Numbered from the stretch's first letter, positions 11,801 to 35,120 are shown. The stretch is DNA of 64,000 bases from Macrostomum lignano (GCA_002269645.1 NIVC01003294.1:1-64000); one strand, 5' to 3'. Notes: generated from the letters alone by a model not told the origin. Numbers and translations: made by a program.

Positions 11801-14800
11801 CGCTTAATTGAACCAGCTGTTGAATTCCCCGCTCAGTTGTGGTTGTCGGCGCTGGAGTTGTCGGAGTCGTAGTAGGAGTCGATCGGACGGTCGGGAGTTC
11901 GATTCTACGCGTAGGAACCGGCGGCTGTGGCGGCGGCCTAGTCGGCATAGGGGGAGAAGCGAAACCAGACGACTCGGACACGGAAGAGGGCACCGCGGCG
12001 GAGTCAGACAGGAACGATCTGCCAGAGTACAGATTTGCATTGCGGCGCAACCGAGGTGACCCTCTGCCGGTGTAGCCGCCGCCGACGCCTCCATCGACAG
12101 CAGACGTCGAAGCGTCAACATCGACAATAAGATCGGCCACATACCAGAGCAGCACAGGCTCGGGCGTCAGTTCCCCAGTGATTGCTAATCTCTCTAACCG
12201 TTCCAACGCTTTCAAATGTCTGGCATCGATGGAGCCGCAGCCGACTTGCCAGCTGACTCGGCCGGCTTGAACGCTTCGACGAATGTTGGCGTTGCCGGGT
12301 CCGGATGCCAGGAGGTACTGGCGCGGCTGCTGCTGCCGCCTCTGCGAGTTGGGAACGTCTGGAGACACCTCCAGGGTGGATATTTTCACCTGAAATCAAT
12401 GGGGAGAGAAGATGTAGGAGGCCATTTTTCAAGGGAAGTAGAGATGTAGGAGGCGATTTTGGGGAAGTATGGATGTAGGAGGCGATTTTGGGGAAGTAGG
12501 GATGTAGGAGGCGATTTTGGGGAAGTAGGGATGTAGGAGGCGATTCTGGGGAAGTAGGGATGTAGGAGGCGATTTTGGGGAAGTAGGGATGTAGGAGGCG
12601 ATTTTGGGGAAGTAGGGATGTAGGAGGCGATTTTGGGGAAGTAGGGATGTAGGAGGCGATTCTGGGGAAGTAGGGATGTAGGAGGCGATTTTGGGGAAGT
12701 AGGGATGTAGGAGGCGATTTTGGGGAAGTAGGGATGTAGGAGGCGATTTTGGGGAAGTAGGGATGTAGGAGGCGATTTTGGGGAAGTAGGGATGTAGGAG
12801 GCGATTTTGGGGAAGTAGGGGATGTAGGAGGCGATTTTGGGGAAGTAGGGATGTAGGAGGCGATTTTGGGGAAGTAGGAGAGGATAAATACAAGGGGCGA
12901 TTATTCAGCAAAAAGTAAAGCATTTGAAATCAATAGGCAGTCTGAAAAGTAGAAGAAAAATCAGCGATAGAAATAGAAATCCAAATCCATCATTATCGAA
13001 AACAAAAAAACTGAGAAATAACTTACCAGTTTAAATCAAGGTTTTGAAGTTTAGTAACCAAAAAATCAAATCAATCTCAATCACTTTTTGAATTTTTCGT
13101 CAAACTTCGCGCTTTCTTTTTCGACGCGTAGGGAGAAAAAATTGCAGTAGCCAATTTAAAAAGTAGGGGGCGAGAAACCAAATAGGCTCCATCCAGACTT
13201 GTCTCTGGGGGGATTCGAGGACGAAATCGGATTGCCCATTTTAATTAGCGTCAATTTCTATTCCCAAGCAATCCCGGGCAGACAATTTATGCTAATTTAT
13301 TCTCCCAGTTGTAAGCTTTCTAGTTTGGGATGGAGTAGTACACAAGAAATAAGGTGGTCGCATAGAAATTAGACAGATTACTCGATTTTGGCATTTGATT
13401 CGTGCTTTTTCACTCTTGGTTTTGGATTCTATACGCTACATTTATCTGCTAATATCGACCTACAAGAACTTATATCTATCTGCTGGAGCTCACATCTATC
13501 TGCTGTAGCTCACATCTATCTGCTGTAGCTCACATCTATCTGCTGTAGCTCACATCTATCTGCTGGAGCTCACATCTATCTGCATCTATCTGCTGGAGCT
13601 CACATCTATCTGCTGGAGCTCACATCTAACTGCTGGAGCTCACATCTATCTGCTGGAGCTCACATCTATCTGCTGGAGCTCACATCTATCTGCTGGAGCT
13701 CACATCTATCTGCTGGAGCTCACATCTATCTGCTGGAGCTCACATCTATCTGCTGGAGCTCACATCTATCTGCTGGAGTTCACATCTATCTGATGGAGCT
13801 CACATCTATCTGCTGGAGTTCACATCTATCTGCTGGAGCTCACATCTATCTGCTAGAGTTCACATCTATCTGCTGGAGCTCACATCTATCTGCTGGAGTT
13901 CACATCTATCTGCTGGAGCTCACATCTATCTGCTGGAGCTCACATCTATCTGCTGGAGCTCACGTCTATCTGCTGGAGCTCACATCTATCTGCTGTAGCT
14001 CACATCTATCTGCTGGAGCTCACATCTATCTGCTGTAGCTCACATCTATCTGCTGGAGCTCACATCTCTCTGCTGGAGCTCACATCTATCTGCTGTAGCT
14101 CACATCTATATACAGTTTTATGGAAGCTACATCAATTAGAGCTCAAAAAGCCAACACAGCTTCCATAAGCCACATTAATTAGAACTCAAAAAGCCAACAC
14201 AGCTTTCATAAGCCACATCAATTAGAGCTCAAAAATCCAACACAGCTTCCATAAGCCACATTAATTAAACCCAACAGCTTCCATAAGCTACATCAAATAG
14301 AACTCAAAAAGCCAACACAGCTTCCACAAGCTACATCAATTAGAACTCAAAGCCAAAAACGAACCAACTAGACGCACCTGCAATTTCGCTGACAGATTTC
14401 GCAGCAAAGAGGCAAGCCGCTGAGGTCCCGCAGTCTCCGGGTCAACATCAACGAGCACGGCGGCCACTGTAGGCGGACGCCTTGAGCAGCTGGCGTTGCT
14501 GCCAAACGCCGAACCAGACGATCTGGGCAGGACTTCAACAGAGACGCCTCCGCCCAGGTGCACATCTTTATCGCCACTGTTCCTATCAAGCGGAACTCCT
14601 TCAATTAAACCAGAGTCCGCATTGCGATGCAGCCAAGATGGAAGCTGTTGGGCCGATAATTCGCCAGATTTGGCTGACGCTAATCTGGCAATAAAAATTC
14701 TGCCAACCCGTGCCCTATAGCGAGGCGTTGACGACGCGTTGCCATGGAGACACAGGGCGGAATTGACAACTATGCAAATAGTTATCAGGGAGTAGCAACG

Positions 14801-14821
14801 AATTTTGGCGATTATTAACAT
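5858..14821 (-). CDS. DAG1: Dystroglycan-like protein with extra cadherin-like(Ig)/SEA modules
   Basis: Exons 14821-14378, 12389-11624, 10767-10347, 9815-9000, 8132-7747, 6806-5858, all GT-AG with consistent phases. Features: signal-peptide-like start MLIIAKIRCYSLITICIVV; LPSWLH...IEGVPLD (first Ig domain); furin-like RLRR; Thr/Pro mucin tract STPTTTPTTP; SEA motifs DGQPWPDFAAALAP and PGSVV; TM helix then YKRK; cytoplasmic VPIIFAEELE...PLILPNEKPPLPPP typical of beta-dystroglycan. One -1 frameshift at ~10433-10436. Confidence 0.88.
6905..7600. repeat. Intronic minisatellite, 27-bp unit GGATTAAAAACACCTGGAGATAAGAGG
   Basis: Tandem copies in DAG1 intron 6807-7746. Confidence 0.95.
8634..8919 (-). 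mobile_element. tRNA-derived SINE family A copy (B-box region deleted)
   Basis: Reverse complement matches the 55767 copy (GTGTCCTT...GCAAG, CACCCAGCTGTAAAAT, CAGTCCTTGGACTGAACAGCCG). Shares the 3' tail CAGGTGTAATCAATTA with the 19.6-kb copy. Confidence 0.85.
9935..10200. repeat. Intronic minisatellite, 23-bp unit AAAAAGGAATTTGAGGAGGCGCC
   Basis: In DAG1 intron 9816-10346. Confidence 0.9.
10860..11570. repeat. Intronic minisatellite, 15-bp unit AGATCTACAGTAGCT
   Basis: In DAG1 intron 10768-11623; source of the spurious ARS-repeat ORF. Confidence 0.95.
12430..12890. repeat. Intronic minisatellite, 29-bp unit GATGTAGGAGGCGATTTTGGGGAAGTAGG
   Basis: In DAG1 intron 12390-14377. Confidence 0.95.
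13475..14105. repeat. Intronic minisatellite, 20-bp unit CACATCTATCTGCTGGAGCT
   Basis: About 30 tandem copies. Confidence 0.95.
14110..14350. repeat. Intronic tandem repeat, ~43-bp unit (CAGCTTCCATAAGCCACATTAATTAGAACTCAAAAAGCCAACA)
   Basis: Five to six diverged copies. Confidence 0.8.
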
Positions 14822-15544
14822 CCCAAAATTGGGTTGTTGAGCTGAAAACCAAAGGATAAATCGATTTGATTACAGAGCAAAGAAATTGATTAAACAACAT
14901 ATCGGCCATGAGAAAGTCAGGGCCTACTCGTACGTGCTCAGGACGTCAATGCCCAAAGCAAGGTAACTCTTCGCCAAGGGGAAAAAGGGCGCCCACCTCC
15001 TCCCGAGCTAATTAAAGCTAAAAGCAGTGCCAGGTAAAATGACCAACACAAAGCAGTCTGGCACGTACTAGACTGCATGTATTATAGAAAGATAAAAAGA
15101 AACCCAAGCCAACTAGACATAATCTACAGGGCTAAGCTTTCCAATTTCTAAGCTTTGATCTGCATTCCCCGTTCCCGCTTCAATTCTCCTGATCAAAAGA
15201 ACCCAGCCAGGCCGCTGAGTCTTACTGTAAATTCTGAATGTAACAGCCGCATATTCGAGGCTTATTCCAAGCGGAAAATGATTTTCCGTGTTTGCCTTGC
15301 AACTATAAGAGACAGCTGAGACAAAATCAAAGCCAAAAAATAGATGCAAGCATCAATCGATAGAAATCATGACTGTCACAGATGCGTATACAAGATTACA
15401 AGGCAGATTTTTATGCTTCTCAATATTGTTATTTGCAAAAACATGTTATCCTTCTAGTCACCCCTCTGCGTGTGCCAGACCGTTCCTTAGATTGCCCCTC
15501 CCTCTCTGCTTTTGCATCTCCCTCTCTTCTGCGTCTTTCCGTCT

Positions 15545-17425
15545 TTTCTTCAACACTCTCCCTTTCTTCTTCTACACCTCTCCCTTTCTTCTTCTACACC
15601 TCTCCCTCTCTTCTTCTACACCTCTCCCTCTCTTCTTCTACACCTCTCCCTCTCTTCTTCTACACCTCTCCCTCTCTTCTTCTACACCTCTCTCTCTCTT
15701 CTTCTACACCTCTCCCTTTCTTCTTCTACACCTCTCCCTCTCTTCTTCTACACCTCTCCCTCTCTTCTACACCTCTCCCTTTCTTCTTCTACACCTCTCC
15801 CTCTCTTCTTCTACACCTCTCCCTCTCTTCTTCTACACCTCTCCCTCTCTTCTTCTACACCTCTCTCTCTCTTCTTCTACACCTCTCCCTCTCTTCTTCT
15901 ACACCTCTCCCTCTCTTCTACACCTCTCCCTTTCTTCTTCTACACCTCTCCCTCTCTTCTTCTACACCTCTCCCTCTCTTCTTCTACACCTCTCCCACTC
16001 TTCGACACCTCTCCCTCTCTTCTCCTACACCTCTCCCACTCTTCTCCTACACCTCTCCCTCTCTTCTCCTACACCTCTCCCACTCTTCTTCTACACCTCT
16101 CCCTCTCTTCTCCTACACCTCTCCCTTTCTTCTTCTACACCTCTCCCTCTCTTCTTCTACACCTCTCTCTCTCTTTTTCTACACCTCTCCCTCTCTTCTT
16201 CTACACCTCTCCCTCTCTTCTACACCTCTCCCTTTCTTCTTCTACACCTCTCCCTCTCTTCTTCTACACCTCTCCCTCTCTTCTTCTACACCTCTCCCAC
16301 TCTTCGACACCTCTCCCTCTCTTCTCCTACACCTCTCCCACTCTTCTTCTACACCTCTCCCTCTCTTCTCCTACACCTCTCCCTCTCTTCTTCTACTCCT
16401 CTCCCTCTCTTCTTCTACTCCTCTCCCTCTCTTCTTCTACACCTCTCTCTCTTTTCTTCTACACCTCTCCCTCTCTTCTTCTACACCTCTCCCACTCTTC
16501 TTCTACACCTCTCCCACTCTTCTCCTACACCTCTCCCACTCTTCTTCTACACCTCTCTCTCTCTTCTTCTACACCTCTCCCTCTCTTCTTCTACACCTCT
16601 CCCACTCTTCTTCTACACCTCTCCCACTCTTCTCCTACACCTCTCCCACTCTTCTTCTACACCTCTCCCACTCTTCTCCTACACCTCTCCCTCTCTTCTT
16701 CTACACCTCTCCCTCTCTTCTTCTACACCTCTCCCTCTCTTCTTCTACACCTCTCCCTCTCTTCTCCTACACCTCTCCCACTCTTCTTCTACACCTCTCC
16801 CTCTCTTCTTCTACACCTCTCCCACTCTTCTTCTACACCTCTCCCACTCTTCTTCTACACCTCTCCCTCTCTTCTCCTACACCTCTCCCACTCTTCTTCT
16901 ACACCTCTCCCTCTCTTCTCCTACACCTCTCCCTCTCTTCTTCTACACCTCTCCCTCTCTTCTCCTACACCTCTCCCACTCTTCTTCTACACCTCTCCCT
17001 CTCTTCTCCTACACCTCTCCCTCTCTTCTTCTACTCCTCTCCCTCTCTTCTTCTACACCTCTCCCACTCTTCTTCTACACCTCTCCCTCACTTCTTCTAC
17101 ACCTCTCCCACTCTTCTTCTACACCTCTCCCACTCTTCTTCTACACCTCTCCCACTCTTCTCCTACACCTCTCCCACTCTTCTTCTACACCTCTCCCACT
17201 CTTCTTCTACACCTCTCCCACTCTTCTTCTACACCTCTCCCTCTTCTTCTACACCTCTCCCACTCTTCTACACCTCTCCCACTCTTCTTCTACACCTCTC
17301 CCTCTCTTCTTCTACACCTCTCCCACTCTTCTTCTACACCTCTCCCTCTTCTTCTACACCTCTCCCACTCTTCTTCTACACCTCTCCCACTCTTCTTCTA
17401 CAACTCTCCCTCTCTTCTTCTACAT
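15545..17425. repeat. Polypyrimidine minisatellite, 22-bp unit TTCTACACCTCTCCCTCTCTTC
   Basis: About 1.9 kb, almost G-free on the + strand. Confidence 0.97.
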
Positions 17426-18029
17426 CTCTTCGTTTCTCTTTACTTCTGCCTCTGAATCTCTTAATCTCCCACTTTTACTCGCTGCTTCTGCATCTCCCTC
17501 TCTACCTCTCTGCCTCTGTATCTATGTCTGGCATCCCATTTCCGTTAGATACATTTACAAGAGCCAATTTAATTTGTACAATTCCACGCTAACTCAGTCC
17601 AATATAGCCGTACACATTGTGAGGAACAAACGCGAACAGGAATTATTTTTATGACACCCGAGTGAGCAATGAATGAATGACTTTGTGTGGTACAGCGTCA
17701 ATAAGCCAGCAGAATGGGATGCGGAATGATGCGGGAACAGGACTTAGCAAGAGAGCAGAACCAGCACTAACCATGTAAAATAGTCTCATACAGCTTATTA
17801 GGCTGCTCCATCTGCGTCGGTCAGACACAGACAGAGACAGGGGAGAGCCGAAACAGCAATAAATAATAATAAGCTGGGCCGGCCCAGCTGCCAATGAGAG
17901 AAAAAGTGGCTTTTTATGCCATCCTAGGATTGTGAGCCATGGACGCCCAGCAAGTTCTGCGCTGGACTGGAAAACACAGGACGCATGTTGGAATTGAAAA
18001 CCTTAACCAAATTAAAATATCCGAAATTT

Positions 18030-18815
18030 CTTAAACCCGAAAATTCACCAGTCCGAAACTTTACAAGCCTGAAAATTCCTCACAACTCGGAAACTTCACA
18101 AACCCGAGACTTCACAAACCCGAGACTTCTCAAACCCGAAACTTCAAAAACCCGAAACTTCACAAACCCGAGACTTCACAAACCCGAGACTTCCAAAACC
18201 TGACTTCACAAACCCGAGACTTCACAAACCCGAGACTTCTCAAACCCGAGACTTCATAAACCCGAGACTTCCCAAACCCGAGACTTCTCAAACCCGAGAC
18301 TTCCCAAACCCGAGACTTCACAAACCCGAGACTTCACAAACCCGAAAATTTCCGAACCCGAGACTTCCCAAACCCGAAACCTTCCAAATCCGAGACTTCC
18401 CAACCCGAAACCTTCCAAATCCGAGACTTCCCAAACCCGAAACCTTCCAAATCCGAGACTTCCCAAACCCGAAACCTTCCAAATCCGAGACTTCCCAAAC
18501 CCGAAACCTTCTGAACCCGAGACTTCCCAAACCCGAAAACTTCTGAACCCGAGACTTCCCAAACCCGAAACCTTCCAAATCCGAGACTTCCCAAACCCGA
18601 AACCTTCTGAACCCGAGACTTCCCAAACCCGAAAACTTCTGAACCCGAGACTTCCCAAACCCGAAACCTTCCAAATCCGAGACTTCCCAAACCCGAAACC
18701 TTCTGAACCCGAGACTTCCCAAACCCGAAACCTTCTGAACCCGAGACTTCCCAAACCCGAAACCTTCTGAACCCGAGACTTCCCAAACCCGAAACCTTCC
18801 GAACCCGAAACTTCA
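18030..18815. repeat. Minisatellite, 16-bp unit CAAACCCGAGACTTCA and variants
   Basis: Seen directly. Confidence 0.93.
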
Positions 18816-19567
18816 CAAGCCAGAAACACAAATCTAAGAAAACGCAATGTTCACTTTTAGCTGTGAAAATATTTTTCGCATTTTTTCCACGCCAGCAGCT
18901 TCTAGTCCAGTGGGGAATTGTCAGGAGTCCTTGGCTCTGAGCAGAGAGGGGAGAGCAGAGAGTTGAGAGATGTTTCCGATAACGCAGAGGCAGGAAGAGA
19001 AGGGAAAGTAAGAGGAGGCCAGTCCGCGCACACATTAAAGCTCCCATCCCCAAGGGAGTGAGCTGCCGGTGTCAAGACCATTAACAATTCGCCTATAGAC
19101 AGACCCAAAGCCAAGAGTTTTCCCACTACAATCTGATCCAGCGACTTTATACGCAAAGGAACATAACTGAACTTATAAACATTTTAGTTGCAAACTAAGC
19201 TAGCTCAGAGGTGCCTACAAAAACATTGATTACGTAATAATAAATAATAATAAGTAGCAACAAGGAAAGCAGAGTAACGCTATTATTATAATAATTATTG
19301 CCTGTCAAAAATGGTTGAGAGAAAAATCTGGCATAGAAATACAAGTTATCTTATTTGACAAAGGATTTCTGAGCTAGAACCCGAAATGTGAAATCAACTA
19401 CGACTTAAGTAATTCGTGGGATAAAAGAAGCATCGATTCTTAGAAAGATATTCTGTGTCGGTTGGTTTTTCGTCTTTTAGTAAAACTTCAAAACCATTTG
19501 AACATGCTGAGCATGGGTTTTATAAACCGATCTGTACACATTTGCCAGACAAGTTGCTAATGGAATA

Positions 19568-19849
19568 TTAATAATTGATTACACCTGCCCCAATTGGGCC
19601 AGATGTGCAACCGACAGCTCAGCCGCAGCCATTGCGCGGCGCATCTGAAGGCTGCCTACGGCTGTTCAGTCCAAGGACTGGGGGGTCGCCACACACAGCC
19701 TCAATTACCCCAGCTAATGCTGGCACCCATTTTACAGCTGGGTGAGCTGAAGCAATGCAGAGTTAAGCGTCTTGCTCAAGGACACAAATTGTTCCGAGTG
19801 GGATCGGGAATCGAACCCCCGACCTTCGAGTCGTGAGTCCGACACTCTA
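19568..19849 (-). mobile_element. tRNA-derived SINE family A copy (5'-truncated)
   Basis: On the minus strand: B-box GGTTCGATTCCC, central GTGTCCTTGAGCAAGACGCTTAAC and CACCCAGCTGTAAAATGGG, and the shared 3' tail. Confidence 0.88.
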
Positions 19850-20614
19850 TTGCCTAGCCAGTCAAACTTATGCCTAGTCATTTTTTAACCAATTATTCGA
19901 CAAAGACAACATCTTCCAATTGACGTAAACTTGCCGACAAACATTCTCTAAAAGTGCTTTCTAAGAAACGAAGCCCCCCCGTCCTTCTACTACCTTAAGT
20001 CGTCCTTGATCGAATTGTTCCACATATTTGTACTAACACATATCGCATTGATTTCTCTAGGTTCTGGGTACTCGTACTTTGGTAAGGCAGTTGGTAGTTC
20101 TACCGATATGTAGAATTATACAAAACACAATAATACAGCGTCGATTCCTGAATATTGTACAATTTAATACATTGCTCGGGCAAACACCATATACGCTAAT
20201 GTATAATCAGATACTGATATTATGAAACTCTGTGAGATATATACACAGCCCTAGAATCTAATTACTAAATAATAAAGGCTGGGCTGGGGATAAACAGCCA
20301 CAATCGCAATAATGAACAAGATTACACGCAATATGTATGTACAATAAATCATTCATGACAGAAATTCAACGCCGGCTTCAAACTAAAAAAAATATGAATT
20401 GTCATAAATAATAACCGTAGCCGAGGAAAACCGTCGACCGGATTATCTTGGAAATTGCAATGCCGACTCAGGCCTCAAGGAACTGAAAATTGATATAGGA
20501 ATTCGATAGGAATATGTCATGCATATGTTTCGGGAAAAAAGTTCAAAAATCGATTTTATGGCTCAGTGAGCAGTGTTGCTATCGTAGGTTTCACTCAAAA
20601 CCCCAAAACCTCGA

Positions 20615-21085
20615 AACTTCAATAAGCTGGAAACTTCACTAATCTGGAAACTTCACTAATCTCGAAACTTCACTAAGCTCGAAACTTGACTAAGCTCGAA
20701 GCTTCACTAAGCTCGAAGCTTCACTAAGCTCGAAGCTTCACTAAGCTCAAAGCTTCACTAAACTTGCAACGTCACTAAGCTTGAAACTTCTCTAAGCTTG
20801 AAACTTCACTAAACTCAAAACTCCACTAAGCTCGAAACTTCCCTAAACTCGAAACTTCACTAAGCTCGAAACTTCACTAAACTCGAAACTTCACTAAGCT
20901 CGAAACTTCACTAAACTCGAAACTTCACTAAGCTCGAAACTTCACTAAACTCGAAACTTCACTAAGCTTGAAACTTCACTAAGCTTGAAACTGAAACTTC
21001 ACTAATTTCGAAACTTCACTAAGCTCGAAACTTCACTAATCTCAAAACTTCACTGAGCTCGACAGTTCACAATCTCCAAACTTCT
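20615..21085. repeat. Minisatellite, 17-bp unit CTCGAAACTTCACTAAG
   Basis: Seen directly; shares the GAAACTTCAC core with the 18-kb array. Confidence 0.92.
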
Positions 21086-21799
21086 CAAGCTTAAAAACCT
21101 TTCGCTAATCCTTTGCCACGTATTCCCAGACAGCCACTAACAAGCGTACTAACTTGCCCCTTCTTACTCTAGACCCGCCCAATATGGAAGCTGTCTTGTT
21201 TCCAATAAAGAAGGCTCCCCATTGCACCTCTCTCTTCTTTCCTCACTGACCTTCTTCTCCAGCTTCCCAATGAGAAACTTGAGACGCTTAAATAGAGGAG
21301 AGAGAGCTAACCTATATTGCGTAATAACACTAGAAAACTAACTGAATGCATTAAATATATGAGCATATATACTGCATATATACAGGCTGAACTCAACACA
21401 CATGCAGCTGCTGTTTGATGGAGTTTTGATGGCGTGACAAGCATTTTCCTTCCCTTAAATATTCTCTGCTTGCTAATCAATTATATATATGCACACAATG
21501 TTTATAATATAATATGCACGGCCCAGTTGACACTTACAGAGCACAATGCGCGTTTAGCATGCAACGGGGTCTGCATCATAATTCTCAATTCTGGCTGGCA
21601 CCATAGGGGTGGATGGTAGCTGGGCTAGGCTAATCAAATTCTGACTCCATGAAACAGCACGATTGAGATCCCGGGCAGCTAAAATCCCCAAATACGACTC
21701 CTTAGTTGAATTCGAAATATATTGCAGATTTGAATGCTAATTCTTTAAATCTAGATCCATAATCTCTAATTCAAAATACCAGATTCCACATTAGAGATT

Positions 21800-22770
21800 G
21801 CATATACTAAATCCCAGATGCTCAATCCTAAATCCTAGTCCTAATCCTGAATCCCAGATGCCTAATCCTAAATCTCAGATACCTAATCCTAAACCCCAGA
21901 TGCCCAATCCTGAATCCGAAATGCCTTATCCTTAATTCCAGGTGCCTAATCCCAAATCCTAGATGCCTAATCCTAAATCCCAGATGCCTAATCCTAAATC
22001 CTAGTAGCCTAACCCTAAATCCCAGATGCTTTATCCTTAATTCCAGGTGCATAATCCTAAATCCTAGTAGCCTAACCCTAAATCCCAGATGCTTTATCCT
22101 TAATTCCAGGTGCATAATCCTAAATCCTAGTAGCCTAACCCTAAATCCCAGATGCCCAATCCTGAATCCGAAATGCCTTATCCTTAACTCCAGGTGCATA
22201 ATCCCAATTCCTAGATGCTTAATCCTAAATCCCAGATGCCTAATCCTAAATCCCAGATGCCTAATCCTAAATCCCAGATGCCTAATCCTAAATCCTAGCA
22301 GCCTAACCCTAAATCCCAGATGCTAATCCTAAATCCTAGTAGCCTAATCCTAAATCCTAGTAGCCTAATCCTAAATCCCAGATGCTAATCCTAAATCCTA
22401 GTAGCCTAATCCTAAATCCTAGTAGCCTAATCCTAAATCCCAGATGCTAATCCTAAATCCTAGTAGCCTAATCCTAAATCCTAGTAGCCTAATCCTAAAT
22501 CCTAGTAGCCTAACCCTAAATCCTAGATGCCTAATCCTAAATCCTAGAAGCCTAACCCTAAATCCTAGATGCCTAATCCTAAATCCTAGATGCCTAATCC
22601 TAAATCCTAGATGCCTAATCCTAAATTCTAGTAGCCTAATCCTAAATTCTAGATGCCTTATCCTCAATTCCAGGTGCCTAATCCTAAATCCAAAATGCCT
22701 AATCCAAAATCCCAGATGCTCAATCCTAATTCCAGATGCCTAATCCTAATTCTAAATGCATAATTCTAAA
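21800..22770. repeat. Minisatellite, 21-bp unit CCTAATCCTAAATCCCAGATG (telomere-like hexamers)
   Basis: Contains CCTAAT/CCTAAA/CCCTAA motifs. Confidence 0.92.
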
Positions 22771-22821
22771 CCCTAAGCAGGAATCAAAACTCACCCAGAA
22801 CAGAAAGTACCGCAGGCGTAA

Positions 22822-33514
<10,693 letters not shown>

Positions 33515-34703
33515 GACTTCGATATTATAATGATTCTTATTTTTATCATATATGTTGTACTAATGCATCAAAAGAATTGAAAAAGTATAAAAATATAGTC
33601 TTCATTGAAGAAAACACCAATAGTTGTTTCTATGTAAGATAAAATTTTGTTGATACTTTCTTACTTTCTTATAAATTGGCATTTTTTTAAAACCATCACT
33701 GTTATACTGTAGGAATATTAAACTATTTTAGTATAACTACAAGTATTATTGCATATAATTTTGTTGTTTTCAACAGTAAGGATCTTTTAGTATAAAATAG
33801 GATTAAGCTATAAGCTAAATAATAAACTCGTTTGGATCTTTGCTTCTTCTCTTTGATGTAACCACGTTCTGGTCGCGGGATAGGGCAGGGAAACTTTTTC
33901 GAAAGTGCCTCCTATCGCCGTGCACCCCCTGCACAGAGCTGTTGAGACTCGGCCAGGTCTTCAACCAGGCCTGGAGACTCCCGCTCTGCTGCACCCTCCT
34001 GCTGCCTTGGCTCCGTCTTCCCTGCCGCCACACTTGCCTTTCCGGAGCCCCCCCCTCCCTCTTTGTACCTTCCCCTCTACCCTATCTCCCCTGCGCGCCT
34101 CCCTATTCTTTATGTACTTTTCCTGTCCCCCCCTCTTTTTGCCCCTTTTCACCCTATTTTTCGGCTCCGTCCTCCCTTTCCCGGCGTCTACTTACAGTAT
34201 GTTGTGTGCTCACCGTCTCCCCATCCCCTCTCAAACTCCCAAACGGTGACGCAAGTCGTGTGACCCCTTCTCCCCCTCGGTGACTCATCGATGACTCATC
34301 CCCCTCTCTTGCGCAACCTTTTCTCATACCATTGTTCTCCTCCCCAAATTTCTCATGCGACACCCACCCCACCTCCGCTTCTATTGTTCTCGTTTTTGAT
34401 TCTTTTGTTCTCTCGACCCCACCAATTATCACATTTTCTCCGATTTTCTCTTTCTTTTGTTCTCGTTTTCGCACCTAATTATCACCTTTTCTCCAATGTT
34501 TACTTTTCTATTGTTCTCAATTCTCCCCAATTATCCCCGTTTTCGAATTCCTTTGTTCTCGACCCCAGTCCCATTGTTCTCAATGTTTGCTTGCGCAACA
34601 TTTTCGCGACCACCCGCTGCGCCAATTATCCCCCCACCCCACCTCCGGATTGCGCAATTTCCCTATTTCTCATGTTGCTATGCCGGTCTCATGTTTCTCA
34701 TCA

Positions 34704-35120
34704 TGACTCATTCTGACGTCATTCGGCCGGCAGCCAATCAGAGAGAGGGAGTCATGGAAACGACCTTGGAGAGGCGGCTGTGAAGGCTATAAAAGGAAGC
34801 GATTTCGGCATGAGAATCCTCAGACTGTTCGTCTCCTCGTCCTTCTTTGGACTTGCGGTCAGACATTGGTCTGACTTTCCCGTCTATAAGACGAACCCCT
34901 ACCGGTCCGCGGTCTGTTACCGCCAAGTTATCTTCAGCTCCCCAAGTGAGCTCGCCTATCGGCCAGCGGTCTGATACCGCCCAGCATCATCAGCATCGCC
35001 TGATCTACATCAGCGCCTCGTCGCTTCAGCGCATCGCCGCTTCACTGTCTGCCTGACTGCAGCCTACAGCCGCCCTCGGTCACTCCGCCTCTCTCTCTCT
35101 CTGTGCAGCTGCCGGTAAGT
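34704..35120 (+). promoter_or_regulatory. Candidate Pol II promoter (AP-1, CRE, CCAAT, TATA) with a downstream splice donor
   Basis: TGACTCA 34704-34710, TGACGTCA 34714-34721, CCAAT 34734-34738, TATAAAA 34788-34794, then G|GTAAGT at 35115. Confidence 0.45.

Noticed and set aside
14715-14909. Upstream ORF overlapping the DAG1 start
   Set aside because: The TSS is unknown, so there is no evidence that ATG 14909 is in the transcript.
15369-17654. 650-760-aa ORFs in three frames
   Set aside because: They are translations of a stop-free 22-bp minisatellite and show no protein signature.
33815-34716. Cluster of overlapping 100-150-aa ORFs
   Set aside because: Low-complexity C/T-rich sequence with no recognisable motifs or consistent splice structure.
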